DNA of 62,531 nucleotides, filler included, from Klebsormidium nitens (Eukaryota > Plantae > Klebsormidiophyceae), in NCBI GenBank assembly GCA_000708835.1. It is 5 parts of 5 records of this genome, joined end to end, with 100 filler letters (N's around TTAATTAATTAA, not from the genome) between each part and the next. Parts side by side here need not be neighbours in the genome. Positions count along the whole stretch, not along the records: positions 1 to 11,983 come from DF238108.1; positions 12,084 to 28,369 come from DF238006.1; 3 more parts are not named here. One strand, written 5' to 3'. Below are positions 1 to 12,651 of the stretch, one piece after another. The translations under genes and the position numbers were made by a program. The first letter of the stretch is position 1. Each line of letters begins with the position of its first letter. The notes below the pieces were generated by a model, which was not told where the DNA came from, searched no databases, and saw only the letters and a program-made list of their open reading frames with translations.

Positions 1-544
1 TGAAAAGCTTCGCATGGTTTCCGCACATGTGAAGTAGACAGGCAGCGTGTAAACCCTGTCCAACCGTCACATCCAGATAGCAAGCTATCACGACTTACAA
101 GAGAGCGAGCTGGAGAGCGATTTTGCGAGCGAGAAGAAAAAAGAAAGCAAAAATCCCATAAAATCCCATAACCAATCCCTGACGTAAGTGGGTGGCCCCC
201 TCCTTGAGAGAGGGGAAGCCGGCAACCGAAGCCCCAGTCAACGATCAAGAGAACTTAACACGGTCGTTTCATCAGTCAGCTCTTTCTTTAAATAAGGCGG
301 GTCCGTCTACAAACCGAGAACTTGATCGTAGCTCCGCACTTCATCGTGCTAGCTCAACTGTCCTGGCAACCTTGGGCCTTCCGGCGAACCTTTAACTCGT
401 AGACGACACTCGGCCGGAGGGAAAGCAACCTGACTGATGGTGCAATCTCTCGTCTGCCTCACGGCAGCACACCTCTTAGCACCATTATCATATTTCCCTG
501 CATTCCGAACCAACCCCAGAGAAACAGCAGTTTCTTCTTTGCAG

Positions 545-3500
545 CGATCTCGGCGAATCCGACTGCCGATGAGCTTGGCGCGCGCTTCCCCCCGATCACA
601 GTCGTCCTACCGGGGGGTACCCGGTTGACAGCGACAGCGAAATCGTATGCCAAGGTGGGTCCACAAGTTTCAATCCTGCCTGCTAACCAGGCTGGGCTGC
701 AGACTTAAGTCCCGTTTTCCAAAAAAATACCCGGGCTGTTTAACCATTTACAAAATTCATTTCTTGCTCGAGTTCTGGTCAAGGGGGGAGTAGTAGTAAC
801 CAGCTCCTATCTGGACTCTGGACTGGAATCGACCACAGTTAAGCGACAGAAGACCCTGTCACAAAACCCTGTCACGAGCGAAGCCCGAATTGCAGGATCG
901 AAACATTCCCCCGCACGTTAGAATTCGTCTGTCCGGGGATCAGCAAAAGTAGGGCGATAGTCTCCGGAATCACCGCGTGCCGCGTAATTTCGCCTCCTTC
1001 TGTATCGAGCCTTTGAAACACCAGCGCCGTCAGTGGCATACTTCCCGGCAAGTCTGTAAAACTGGTCATTTCTGTGTTCCAAGTTCAGGTAGTTTATCTA
1101 TCGGACAAAATTCAATCGGCCAGCTGTCTTCAGCTGACTGCGGCATATTCTTCGAGCCGGTTTTGCTTATGTCCTTCGTTCCGTTCATCCAGCAAGACAG
1201 AACGTGTTTCAAATCCCCAGTCTCAGTGCGCATTTCAAAGCCTCGAGTTTCCTGACCCGGTTGCAGATCGACTGAACGTTCTAGTCGATCTCCAGACGCT
1301 TTTACACCCTACCCTAATCCTACCCTAAACAAGATTGCCGTGATAGTACTGACAAGTTCCTTTTTAAACCCGCAGATTGGAAGCTTTGGGCCCGCAGGAG
1401 AACTCGCCCTTAATCCGGGGCTTGTAGGGACGGACCCCGTTTTTGCGGGCACCGGTCGGCTAATCGGCGGCAACTTCCTCACAGACAATATGGTGAGTCG
1501 TATGAAGGTCTACTTCTTGGTCTTCAAGTCCCGGAACCCTAACCAACTTGAAGCAGATAGTTCAAGCTCAGTTACAAATGTCCCGAATCAGTGCAAAACA
1601 AATTTGAATGAGATGCCCGGGCCTGCTTGGTGGCATGACATCATCATATGGTGGGTCGACTGTGTAAAACACAGTACGTTAGTTCTGCCCTTTATGTGCC
1701 GTAATTGCATTTTGAAGCTCTGCATGCATTCGAAGCCTACTAGCTGGAGCTCCACGATTTCTAAAGAAACAAATATAGGAGACCCTGAGAAAAGCTGCCA
1801 AGTAGTAGCACCCAGACAAACTCAAGAACGCACTTCTCCGACTTTCACTTATCCGTTAACGCTTGAAACGAAAGGTTTTGTAGTCATTGTGTTGCCAAAC
1901 TCGTGTAGAATTGGTAGCCCGGATTACCTGTTTTTACAGAGGTGGACGTTTGGGTGCGAACGCGTCGTGCAGTCACTGAGTTGCATACGAAGGCTTTATG
2001 ACCGACACCAATCAAAAACTCGTGGCGCCTTTGACGGTTGCACTTTGATTGCATCAGACTGACGCCCCTACGCGTGATAATTCAGACCCCTTTATTTCTC
2101 CGACAGATTGTCTTCGACTCGGATGCAAGCCGCATTGGATTCGCTCCGGTGGACTGCGAAACGCTACGTGAGTTTAACGCAATCGTATCAAACTTGTTTT
2201 CCGTTCATCACTGAACCGAGAAAGGACGGGACCTTTAATGTGCTGTTTGTGATCGCTCTCTGGTCCTTCTTTCGTTTAGACGCAGCGAGCATCTCGTGCT
2301 CCCTGTGATTGGCTCTTCTTCCTGCTTAGCATCAAAGCAAAATGTAGTTCTCGATTTGCAGTACATCCAAGAAGCTGACCATCCCCAATCCGCGTGTTGA
2401 AAACGGTTGCGCAACTGGCAGCTTTCACTTCAAACTTTCAGCTTTCATGTTGTGCCTATCTTGATGTAATGAATCTCCGGAGATAATTCGTAGACGGACT
2501 TAATGTCCGGTACATCATCCAGCCCCTTTAAATGTGGTGCACACAACCATACCAAACCGTTGCATCGAGTCGAACATTTCTTTACTATGAACAGGACACT
2601 ACTCGTTGGGGCAAGCTGAGGTCAAGATTGCAGCTTCCTCGTTTCGTGTAATAGCATGCTCACCTGACGTTTTGCAGAGCCACTGGTCAAGGCGAACATT
2701 CCGGCCGTAACTACCCCCGCGCCGACCACCCCGCCCGACCACCCCGGAACCAACCACACCCGCCCCGACCACCCCGCCCGACCACCTCCCTCCCGACCAC
2801 CCCTGACCCGACCCGACCGTCCCGGAACCCGACCGACCCGCCACCCCCGCCCNNNNNNNNNNNNNNNNNNNNGAACCCAACCACCACCCGCCCGACCACC
2901 CCGCCCGACCACTCCTTCCCGACCACCCCTGCCCCGACCACTCCGGTAACCGACTACCCCGCCCTACCACCCCGCCCCGACTTACTCCTTCGCCAACTAC
3001 TCCGCCCGACCACCACCGGAACCGACCACCCGGCCCCGACCACCCCGCCCCGACTACCCCCGCCCCGACCACTCCCGCCCCAACGACTCCTCTCCCGACC
3101 ACCGGTGCCCCTACCCCAGCCCCCACGACCGGGGTCTTCCCCGCCGGGGGGGTGTGCGATGCCTTCTCGGCTTTCCCCAACCAGGTAAAACCGGAATTCA
3201 CCAACTCCAAATGAATCTGTCTTCCAGGAGACATTCCAGGAACTTCAAGTTGATTGTTTCAAGGAACCGTATCTGGCAGTAGCTTGTTTTTACGGCTTTG
3301 CTTTCAACTTGTGCGCTTTGGCCGGTGTAGCTCGATCCCCGTACTTGTGATTGCAAGCGACAAAAAAATGCCGTATGGACGGCTGGCACGGCTCTGCACC
3401 ATCAAACAATGGCCAATCTCTTCTTTGAAAGTCAAACGGTATGAGACTCCCCCTTTCAAAACCAGTCAAAAACCCAAGACGCTAACTTAATGCAGTCAGG

Positions 3501-4944
3501 AAAGAAGCTTCACTCACTTTTGCAGTGCTTCAGCAGTGACGGCAGCAGGTTCACGTGCTGCCCGGTCGGCGTCAGCTGCGCTCAGCCCGGTAGCGTCCCC
3601 CGGTGCGTTGGCTTTGCCAGCTTAGCAGACGCGCCGACCCCCATAACCCCTGCCCCAACCACTCCCGCCCCGACCACTTCCGCCCCAACTACTTCCGCCC
3701 CGACCACTTCCGCCCCAACTACTTCCGCCCCAACCACTTCCGCCCCGACCACAGCGGAACCGGTGACTCCTGCCCCGACCACTCTCGCTGCCACCACTGC
3801 TGCCCCGACCACCCCCGCCCCGACCACTGCAGGCCCGGTGACTCCCTCCCCGACTTTCGTCACCGGAAGCGCGCCGTGCAACCCTTTCTCGCCCAACCAG
3901 GTGCGCGTTGGCTTCAAGATTGGTATTCACAAACGGTTTGCTTTTCGTTCCGTGCCAGTGCCTTGATTTCGCCCACTGGAACGTCATACGTCTTCGCTTT
4001 CCTTCTGTGAACTAGTTAATCAATGTTCTATTCGCAGCTTTGACTGTTTGCAGAGGTTCGGTGGCCATGAATCACAAGAGAGAATCGACGTATCCTCTGC
4101 GCTTGCGATTGACTCCCCTCATTTTCACCTATTCCGCCGAATCACAAAAGTCGTACAGCTGACGGGTTTCAAGCTAGAGTCTTCTTACTTAGAACCGCCG
4201 ACCTGACATGATCGTATCGAATGCTGCGTCGCTCTGCGTGTACTCTACCCTGACTAGAATTGACACTTCTTATGCGCAAAAGTCTTTACGGGTGTGGCAC
4301 GTCTAGCAAGATTGGCTTTACTCTGCAACTATCAGTTCCTAAAATTGACAAGCGACGCGCTCGTCCGCTTTGTTCTGGTTGACATATTTACACTCAAAAG
4401 GTCACTCAAACTGCACTTTCCTTTCGATTTCCGAGCCCTGTCAATCTGCAGATTGTATATATGAGCGGTTCTTATGCCGCCGCTTCACCAGGAAAAAGCC
4501 ACGCCCAACCAAGCCTGGTTAGGCCTGCGTCCGATGCCTAAACCTTAAACCTTAAACCTTAAAGCTTAACCCTTAAATCTTAAACCTTCCACCTGGTTTA
4601 AACTGGTCGAGTCCTGCCGAACCAGGGCCCGGATCTAATAAGAAGCATAAACCACAGGAAGTTTTGACGGCTAACCTGGCTGATTCAGACTTGATTCTCA
4701 GCTTAATACTACTGGACAAATAACCGGTCTTTAACCTTGTCTCAAGGCTGGTAACCGCCCAAGTGTGGTCAATGGACAGTTCATAACCACATACCTCTTC
4801 ATAACCATCCGTGATTGAGGACCCAAAAAACAAGTGAACTTCCCCTGTCCGATTTTGCAGTGCTTCAACGCGGGGGGATCCCTCTTCACCTGCTGCGCCG
4901 GCGCCTGCTCCTCGACCCCGGGAGATGCTCCCGTCTGCGCTTAA
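545..4944 (+). CDS. A1 (pepsin-like, plant A1B-type) aspartic protease, 3' part, with C-terminal Thr/Pro-rich linkers and two Cys-rich modules; exons 545-654, 1376-1492, 2107-2167, 2678-3184, 3526-3900, 4861-4944; 5' end lies upstream of the window
   Basis: GT-AG exons join in phase to give FPPITVVLPGGTRLTATAKSY...LIGGNFLTDNM|IVFDSDASRIGFAPVDC, the typical C-lobe end of aspartic proteases. This is followed by TPAPTT repeats and C..F.PNQ|CF..GS.FTCC..C..P.C twice, with a TAA stop at 4942-4944. The catalytic DTG motifs are not in the window. Confidence 0.8.
2711..3860 (+). repeat. Coding T(P/S)APT tandem repeats (two blocks, ~2711-3130 and ~3631-3860), mucin/AGP-like linkers
   Basis: Repeated acc-ccc-gcc-ccg-acc units within exons 4 and 5; the first block contains a short N gap and apparent frame noise. 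Confidence 0.85.
4537..4588. repeat. Degenerate telomere-like heptamer array (TAAACCT)n, ~7 units, intronic
   Basis: cctaaaccttaaaccttaaaccttaaagcttaacccttaaatcttaaacctt; one mismatch per unit from plant CCCTAAA. Confidence 0.6.
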
Positions 4945-7900
4945 TCTGCCCGGTACGCAACTTCCAGTTCCCGGGGATCAATGTTTCTCAGTCTTAATTT
5001 GAGCTGCGCTTTGATGATTCTTGCCTCTTGAAGCAAAGTTTTGGAGGCGACGCAGGTTTGGATGTGTTGTTGAGTAATAATGGAGAATAAGAAGCCAGGC
5101 AATCTTAGCTGCATGCTGAGTCGATAGGCTATGAACTTCAACAGGGATGTGCTGTCGAATCCGAAGCGCGATGATTCGCTCAGTTCGAGTCGCCGCAATT
5201 CTGCTTCGACGGCGCAAGACTGATTGTCAGTAGAAGAGATAAGATTCGAGTGACTTGCTCGTTCAATCTTCTGATGGGTTTCCCTTCTCGTCATCTTTCC
5301 TCGACTGCGCAGATGCGGTCCCCTCCTGGCACTCGTTTGCTCTACCTTCAAAGCTACCACAGTTTTGCTAGTCTGCTGTAGGTCCACTTTAACTTTGATG
5401 AGGCGGCCGCTCGATTGCGCGCGCGGCCAATCAGCTTGAAAGTGCGTGCCATCTGCGCGCGCACATACCCAAGGCGCAGCTCCCCCCATTTCGATCTTGA
5501 GCCGTAGATCTCACTTGAGAGCAATGAGTGAAAAAAATTGCTGGAGTAACTCCCTCTGTGGTAATTTAACAGCCTCGTAAGCAGTCTGTGATTCAAGGAA
5601 AAAGTAACGGTTTGGTCTGGTTCCACACACAAATTTTGTCAGTTGTGGGTCTCTTGTAGAACTTTGTCGTTGATTTGATTCATCAATCTTGCGACCTCCA
5701 AGGCGGTAGAAGGCCCTCCATTCAATGCCTTTGACAATCATCCAGACGCGTAGGCTCTGGACAACTCGAGAACTTAGGCGGAAGCAGTCAAAGTTGGTAG
5801 CACGTTACTCTATCTGTTTCAAGAAGAATAAAATGAATAAAGACCGGCTGGCCTGAAGTTGCGTATGCTAGATATACGATTTTCCGTGCTGTTTGATTGT
5901 GACTCTTTAATCTGCTCCAAACCGTGCTTTTGTGGCACCTACTTCGGGGTGCTTTTTACAATACTGTAGTCCTCAGTCCTTCTGATCATCAGGCGGAGTC
6001 TGGCCTACTGAGAGATAGATTCGTGCGATGTTTGCAAAGCCTTTTAAAGTTTACAGTGAGTGCGGCTCAGTTGCATACTTCTTGTCAGATCAATGTACCG
6101 ACTACTCGAAAGCTCAGCTCTGTGCCATACGCTGCAATATAGCGGATCTATGGCTTTAATCGATCATGGCAAATGTATACTAAGAGGTGAGAATCAAAAT
6201 GCAACCGAACGGGGCCTTAACTTATCATCTGAGACAACATATCAAAGCAAGCCCTGGGTGGCCGGTACTATAGGTTATGCCGTGCTCACTTTGAGCCTCG
6301 ATCGATTCTTAATGCGATTCTACGCTGAGCCCCGTCGCAAGTGATGAATTCGCTTCCTATATGCCCCACATTATCATTCGCGATGTATCAGTATGCCCTT
6401 CGTAATTTGCGAAGCTAAAGCGTTCGTGGGATCTGCAGCAACAATTGCGGCCGGGCCGCCCCGCCAGTCTGGCAGGCAGCGGGCCTTTTGTGTATATATG
6501 TCAGCTACGTGCAAATGGTGTGACGCAACGCGCCGCCACCCGGCCGGATGAGATTCCCCGCGCTAGTGCTGCTGGAGTCGCGGCCGGCAACTGTCGGACG
6601 CGGCCGCAGGGTTTGATATGATGATCTCTGAAGGAATCGACAAATCCCGACCGTCGAGATCAAGACTTGAATGCTTATCGACGGCCCAGAGACGTGGGCT
6701 GCTTCGCGTGTTCATCTGAAACGGTCTTGCCGCAGATCATGGAAGAACCTCCAGTCCAGTTACTGTAATAGCTAGGACCTACTGTAGCGGTTGAGGACTG
6801 CGAGAAAGCGGACAAGGAAGAGGAGATCGAAGGACACTTCGCGAGCGGGAGAAGAAGAGCCTGACGTTGCTTCTATAGGCGCTCATCTCTGAAAATGACG
6901 TCCGACTCATCAGCAGCTCGACTTTCCTATGTGCATCTCAGGACAGTGACAGCGGTGGCGCCGGCTTCATGTGTAAGTGAATGAATGTTTGCAATTTGAT
7001 CGACCGGCGGAACCTTTCAAAAGTATATAATGGTGCTTCCTCATTTAGCTGAAATATATGACATATCCGGCTGCGCATGAAAAATTCGATCGATCGAGGC
7101 AGGGGAGTAAAATTCGTAGAAGTACCACCCGGACCGGAGCGATATCTTGCTGAGACACATCAGTCGCTGTGTATGCCATTGAATCATTGATTCTAGCAGC
7201 AATAAATGCTCGATAGAAGCGCAGGCGGCCATGAACTTAAATGAATTCAACTGACCGGCCGCCCGCGCGGCCTTCAAGGCTTGGCATGGCACGGTTCGCA
7301 AGGTTGACATTCCGGGCACCAAAAATGCCTAACATATAAACGCATATGCACAATATGAGTTGGGCCTCTGAAGTGGCGGCTTCAAATCCGGACATTTGTA
7401 TGCACGTACGTACGCATGTATCCGCCCATGCCAACTAAATCTTTTTAGGCCCTCCTGGAAAGGTCGGCGCCTCCTGGAAATGCCGGACGGTTGGACTACC
7501 GAGCCATCCGCAAGGCAGCTAGATATATGTCTTTATCCAATATTTTGTCTGCCATTCCAGTACGGTACTGGAACAGCGCACCATCTGCGGCCCTGTGACA
7601 TCAATCATCCACGAAAATCCACCCCAAATCCACTGTGATCCCCGCATAGCAAATTGAACCGGCGGAACCCCGCACCATGGCTTGCATTGCGAGTGCATAT
7701 GACGGGCCTCAAATCGCTTGCGCACACAGATTGACGAGGGAACGGATTGCTTGTTCGCTCTAGAAGATGACGGCATTCAGAATTTGTCCAACCTCCTGAT
7801 TGCCAGCGGTCCCGCCCCGGCCCGCCCAGGCCGGCGGGCGCCCCGCTGTGTGCCCATCCACCCACCTCCTTTCCGCACAATCGCCTCTGCTCGACGAACG

Positions 7901-7975
7901 GTTATCCAAAACCCCCTTCTCAGACGACGCTTTGCATACTCGGTTATGCTAGCGGCGCGGGTATGGTACAAACGT

Positions 7976-10900
7976 CTACTCAGCAGGGGCGCCGGGGGCA
8001 CCGCCACGGGGGGGGCCGCCGAACCGGCCGCCGCCACGTCCGAAGCCACGGCTCTCGCCGCCCTCTCCCTGCACGCGAGGAAACCAGGGATGAGGATTGG
8101 GGCTTCAAAACGACCTGGTGTTGCGGTCCTCGCTTCTTGACTGCTCTTTCGTCGTCGCTTATTAGTAGTCGAAGTCAAGGCTTGTCAATCGACCGTTCGA
8201 AACCAAGTTTCTACATCCGTTCTGCTGTAAATGTGCACGCCTCTGACCATGAGTCGTCATCCAGTTGGAAGTGCAGCACGAAAAAACAGACGGAAACGCA
8301 AAGTCCTTGAGAAACTGCCGTAAGGCCGCATGTGTTTGCAGCAACTAAAAGCGCATCTTCAAACAGAGAATCCACCTTCCTTGAGCTTAGAGATTTGACA
8401 TATGGTCAGGCGGAATTGACCCGAGACGCCTGATCAGAATAGAGGGTGCAACTAGACAGGATGCGAAAGAAGTGCGTAAACGAGCGTTTTCTTCTAGGGC
8501 CGTCCTCTTCGGACAAAAAGGTTTGACTTCTTCCAACTCTCCCAACGGAACGTGGCTGATGGATCGCCGTCAACGCCAAGTTCTGAGGAGGAATGAACTC
8601 GCTCGACCATGAAGCAAAGCCAGAATTTAGGGTACCGAACTTGATAAACCGCCGAGCAGAGCCAGAATATGGAGACAACGAACTCTCCTGAAGAAGGAGA
8701 AAAAGCAGATTATAAGATCGGCAGAAACTCACCTCACGGAACTCTGGCCGGAACTCGCCAGGAGCGCCGCCCTTGTCTCCGTAGCCGGGACGGGGGGCAC
8801 CGGACCGGTAACCCTCACGGTCACCACCAAACCGGGGCCGGTCACCCTCCATTCTGCACGAAGGAGGAAAGATGGTTAACAAAGCGAGCACATAACCAAG
8901 CGGGTCAGGCTCGTGGCAGAATGACCTCCAACTGCCAAATCTGGACCTGTCACCAGTGATTTACAGAGAAGACGCGCAAGGAGCTACCTAGCAAACCAAG
9001 CTTCAACACACAGAAGATCATTTCCCAAGAGACAGCGCTTTGATCTCAGAAGCACAAGAACGGGTTGAGGAGCGTGGAACATGGAACCCGATCTTGGGCC
9101 AAGCCCAAGGGGGGAAAGCAAGCTTCCTGTGAATGATGAATTGCTAGAAGGCAACGAGCATCTTCAGACGGCCAAAGTATCTATTGCGTGCCAGGATGGT
9201 GGACCAGAAATTCGAACGGCTTTCTTACAATTGCGAAACTGGCAAGCGGCTCAAGAATCACAGCTAAATCATCTGGATGACCCAACCCAGTCGTTCTCGT
9301 CCTGTGAGGGAGGAGCGCGAATAGAGTGTGATTGTACATCTCACAGACGCTGCAAAGAGTCTGAAAAAGAGTCCCAGACACAATCATCATGTTCCGAGAA
9401 AAAGCGGCACGAGGATCTGCGAAAACACCAACCTCGGGGGGCGGGGCGGGCGGTCGCCGCCGGCAAGAGGCCTCTGGGCCGGCCTGGCGGACTTCTTCAT
9501 GGTGGCGGGGACGATCTCCGAGGGCAGGTTCAGGTACTCGCGCAGGTAGGTGATGCCCTCCTCAGTCAGGTACCTGGTTACCAGAATGGATTCGGGTCAG
9601 CTTGACTAATCAAGCTGAATTTATCGCCGCTCGTGGAAGAAGCGAATGCCCTGCTCACTGAAGAGTACCGATAAGAGAGTCCAATATGTCCCGCTAACCT
9701 GGTAACACAATGATATGAATGGTAGTAATATGACCTTCTGAGCCAGGGAACCTGGTAAAGATGCACCAGGTAGTCTGATCACAAAAAGTGTTCAATCAAA
9801 GGCCCTGATCTGTCTGGATTCTTTATGCTGCCTCCAGCGGCGATGTGGTTTCTGAACAACCACTTCAATGGCCTAGATCTTGCTCAAAGTGTTCCAGTAT
9901 GCTCTGTCAGCTGTCTTTCTGTCATTGCTCAGACGCCATGCCTAGATTACTTCAACAGAGTCCTCAGATGGTCGCCGGAAATTCCAAAATCGCCCTGGAA
10001 CAGGCAGCCTTTCATGGATGGTCACTAGTAGTTAAGAGCACTGTTAAAATCTGGTCGGACAGTTACTGAAAAGCTTACATTCCAAATCTCTGGATAACTG
10101 TTGGCAACAGGCTCGAGGTACTTGAGGCGGTGCAAACCAGTTAACTTGCCAAGACCGCTTTGCTCAACACGCTTTTCAACGAGAAAACCCTCATCATTTG
10201 AAACCTTGAAAGGTGCAGCACTTTGCGTGGTTTTCCAGGACGATAGTGCTCACCAGTAGTAGTGCCTCCATGCAAAGCTCTCCTTCACATACTCCTTCGA
10301 CTTGAAGCTCTGCATAAGCTTGATAACCTGCACAGCCAAACCGTTGAGAAGCTTTAGAAGGGCTTAGTAAGACCTGTGGACAGAGACTCGGAGCTCGCAG
10401 CGCCCCTGGTCCCAACTGCAACTAATCCGGTCGTTCTGCAGCGACCTTTTTGCCAAACATCAACCTCGTAGTCGCAGAAGACGCAACAACCTCTTTTGTA
10501 AGTAGCCAGCGGCCAAATCTGACGACATACGCTTCTCATCAACGGTGTCAACTTTCCTAAAACCAGCTTTTGCTAGTCTCTAATAACGAGCTACGGATGC
10601 CTAAATCGCTCTATGCCTCCAGCGCTGGCAACATCATGCGCTCAAAGACGGCAGCCGTTCGACAGAGTTGGCAGCACAACCCAGCATCAGATAGGCCGAT
10701 TCAATGTCTCATTTTAGTCTGGTTGTAACCATTTTAGTCCAGTTGTAACCAGTGTGCATTCGCAGTGCAAGTATGATATCAAGCGCTTCTTCGCAAATTT
10801 ATGCAACGAGTGCCGCTACCCTCTGGATGAAACCCATCACTCCAGATGGTAGCCCTGCAATGAGCATCCAGCAGTCCATTCCATTGACAACTTTGTGAAG

Positions 10901-11866
10901 GTCATTGTTCTCAGCAACCTACCTGCAGGTTGGGCACATCAATCTCCGGGTGCTTGGGTGCCTCAAAGTCCTTCTTGGCATACAAGACCCCCTCGGAGAA
11001 GAGGAACTTGTACACCTCAGTGCGGTTCTTCTTGGGGATCAACTGCACACGATGATCGCACACTGCGTGAGCTACTCACTAAGCTAACCGAATCTTCCTT
11101 CCTATCGTGCTGCTGAGGGTTGCCAAACCTTGACCTTCTGGCCGCTGCCGAGTAAAAACCTTACCCGGAAACTTCATTGATCTGTCTTTAAGCCTGCCCC
11201 GTGACAGTCGCTGTAGCACTACTTAAACATCCTGGAAAAGTTCATTGGCTTCAATTCAACCATGCGCAAGTGCGAACACTTGTTACACGCAATCGCAGCT
11301 GCGTCCAACCGTTACCATTATTCAATCTGTGTGTGTGGGTTCAAAATGGCTGCTAGCCGTCAATCTCACACTACAACTACCCACCCCAACACTTTCCGCC
11401 GGTCCAAAGACCATGTTATCAGCTGCACATGACGTGGTCCCTGCCCCGAGGCCAGCTGCAATCTGCTTTGATGCCTTCATTTTAGAATGACAGGCGGTGG
11501 AGGGCACAAGCCAAGCTGGTCGCAAATTTGAGGAATCACCACACACCGTTACCAGCAACCAACACTGTGGGGTTTTGTCTACACCTCTCAGCAGCTAATG
11601 AGAAGAACCCTGTGCGTTCAACTCTCAAGAGCAAGCCTGCCCATCCAACGAACCCAAAGAAGAACACTAGAACTCCAATAGCCTGCAATCCCTATCAGAG
11701 AACCATGATTGCTGAAATGTACCACATGGCGTCTTCTCGCTGCTGCATATTCTTGCGCAATGTCACGACCTGCCAGGCTCCATGGCACACATGCTGAAAA
11801 CAGAACATGTCTTCCAATAAACCACAGGCACAAGTCTGGCCCAGAACGAGGAGGGAAACGCACCAT
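7976..11866 (-). CDS. RPS10: 40S ribosomal protein eS10; exons 11864-11866 (ATG only), 10923-11042, 10254-10327, 9433-9573, 8733-8853, 7976-8068 (183 aa)
   Basis: Spliced translation M|[40 protein letters not shown]|[25 protein letters not shown]|[28 protein letters not shown]...RGG-rich tail. All introns are GT-AG and the exon sum of 552 nt is in frame. The ATG-only exon is the least certain part. Confidence 0.95.
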
Positions 11867-11925
11867 GATGACGATCTGCGGCCTCTGACGAGGCGCTCAA
11901 AGTTTCGTGGCGATGCCAGGAGGTT

Positions 11926-11945
11926 GGAAAGAGAGAGAAAAGAGG
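11926..11945 (-). promoter_or_regulatory. Pyrimidine tract (TOP-like) upstream of the RPS10 ATG
   Basis: Minus strand reads cctcttttctctctctttcc about 60-80 nt upstream of ATG|gtgcgt. Confidence 0.35.
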
Positions 11946-12651
11946 ACGGCCACCAAGTCTCATACACTGGTCACACATGCCGGNNNNNNNNNNNNNNNNN
12001 NNNNNNNNNNNNNNNNNNNNNNNNNNNTTAATTAATTAANNNNNNNNNNNNNNNNNNNNNNNNNNNNNNNNNNNNNNNNNNNNGTGCTCACTGCATACAT
12101 ATGGCAATGGTGATTCTGCGCTTATCAGACCAATCCGACGTCAAGGAACATGCATGGGATACCGTAGTGGAAAGGTATGAATCCGAAAAAAAAAACTAGT
12201 TATGGGCTAGGAGGTACTCGCTGCAATTATAGAGAGTAGCCGGAATGAACACATCGATCTAATGCAGCCAAGAATTTTAGCGCTCAGTCCTCATGAAAGT
12301 GTCGTTTGAAAAGTTGGGGACAGTCATGTAATGATGTGTAGCATTGCAAGCATGTGGACACAAATGTTTGAAAAATGATTTTTCCAAAGGTTGTAAGGTT
12401 TCTAATGGTGAAAGTTGTCAAGAACGTGAAACGTAGTTGCCGCCCGGCGGAAAACTATGTTGTGAGAAGTCGTGTAAAGTTGAGAAGCCGGGTCATTGAA
12501 AGTTGTGCAAAGTCGCTGGTAACAACCTCTGGTTCCGGTGCAGGGTTAATAGGATCATGTTTATCTTCTATATAGTATCATGATTGCACGATTACTTCCA
12601 ATAGAGTTTGACGGTTGTGGCAGTCATGCTAAGTAGACAGTCAAATTTTTT

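Noticed and set aside
2599-3987. Gly/Val-rich minus-strand ORFs
   Set aside because: Antisense shadows of the TPAPT coding repeats.
4941-7700. ORF 4941-5489 (-) and GC-rich patches at 6.4-7.7 kb
   Set aside because: No recognisable motif, splice pattern, TIR or TSD; left unannotated.
9300-10200. C-box-like ATGATGA motifs in RPS10 introns (~9385, ~10195, minus strand) as snoRNA candidates
   Set aside because: No suitably spaced D box with a terminal stem or rRNA guide could be identified by eye; needs snoscan or Infernal.
12028-12039. TTAATTAATTAA palindrome within N runs (also ~28414, ~36500, ~60098)
   Set aside because: Identical 12-mer centred in gaps with stops in all frames; an assembly linker, not biology.
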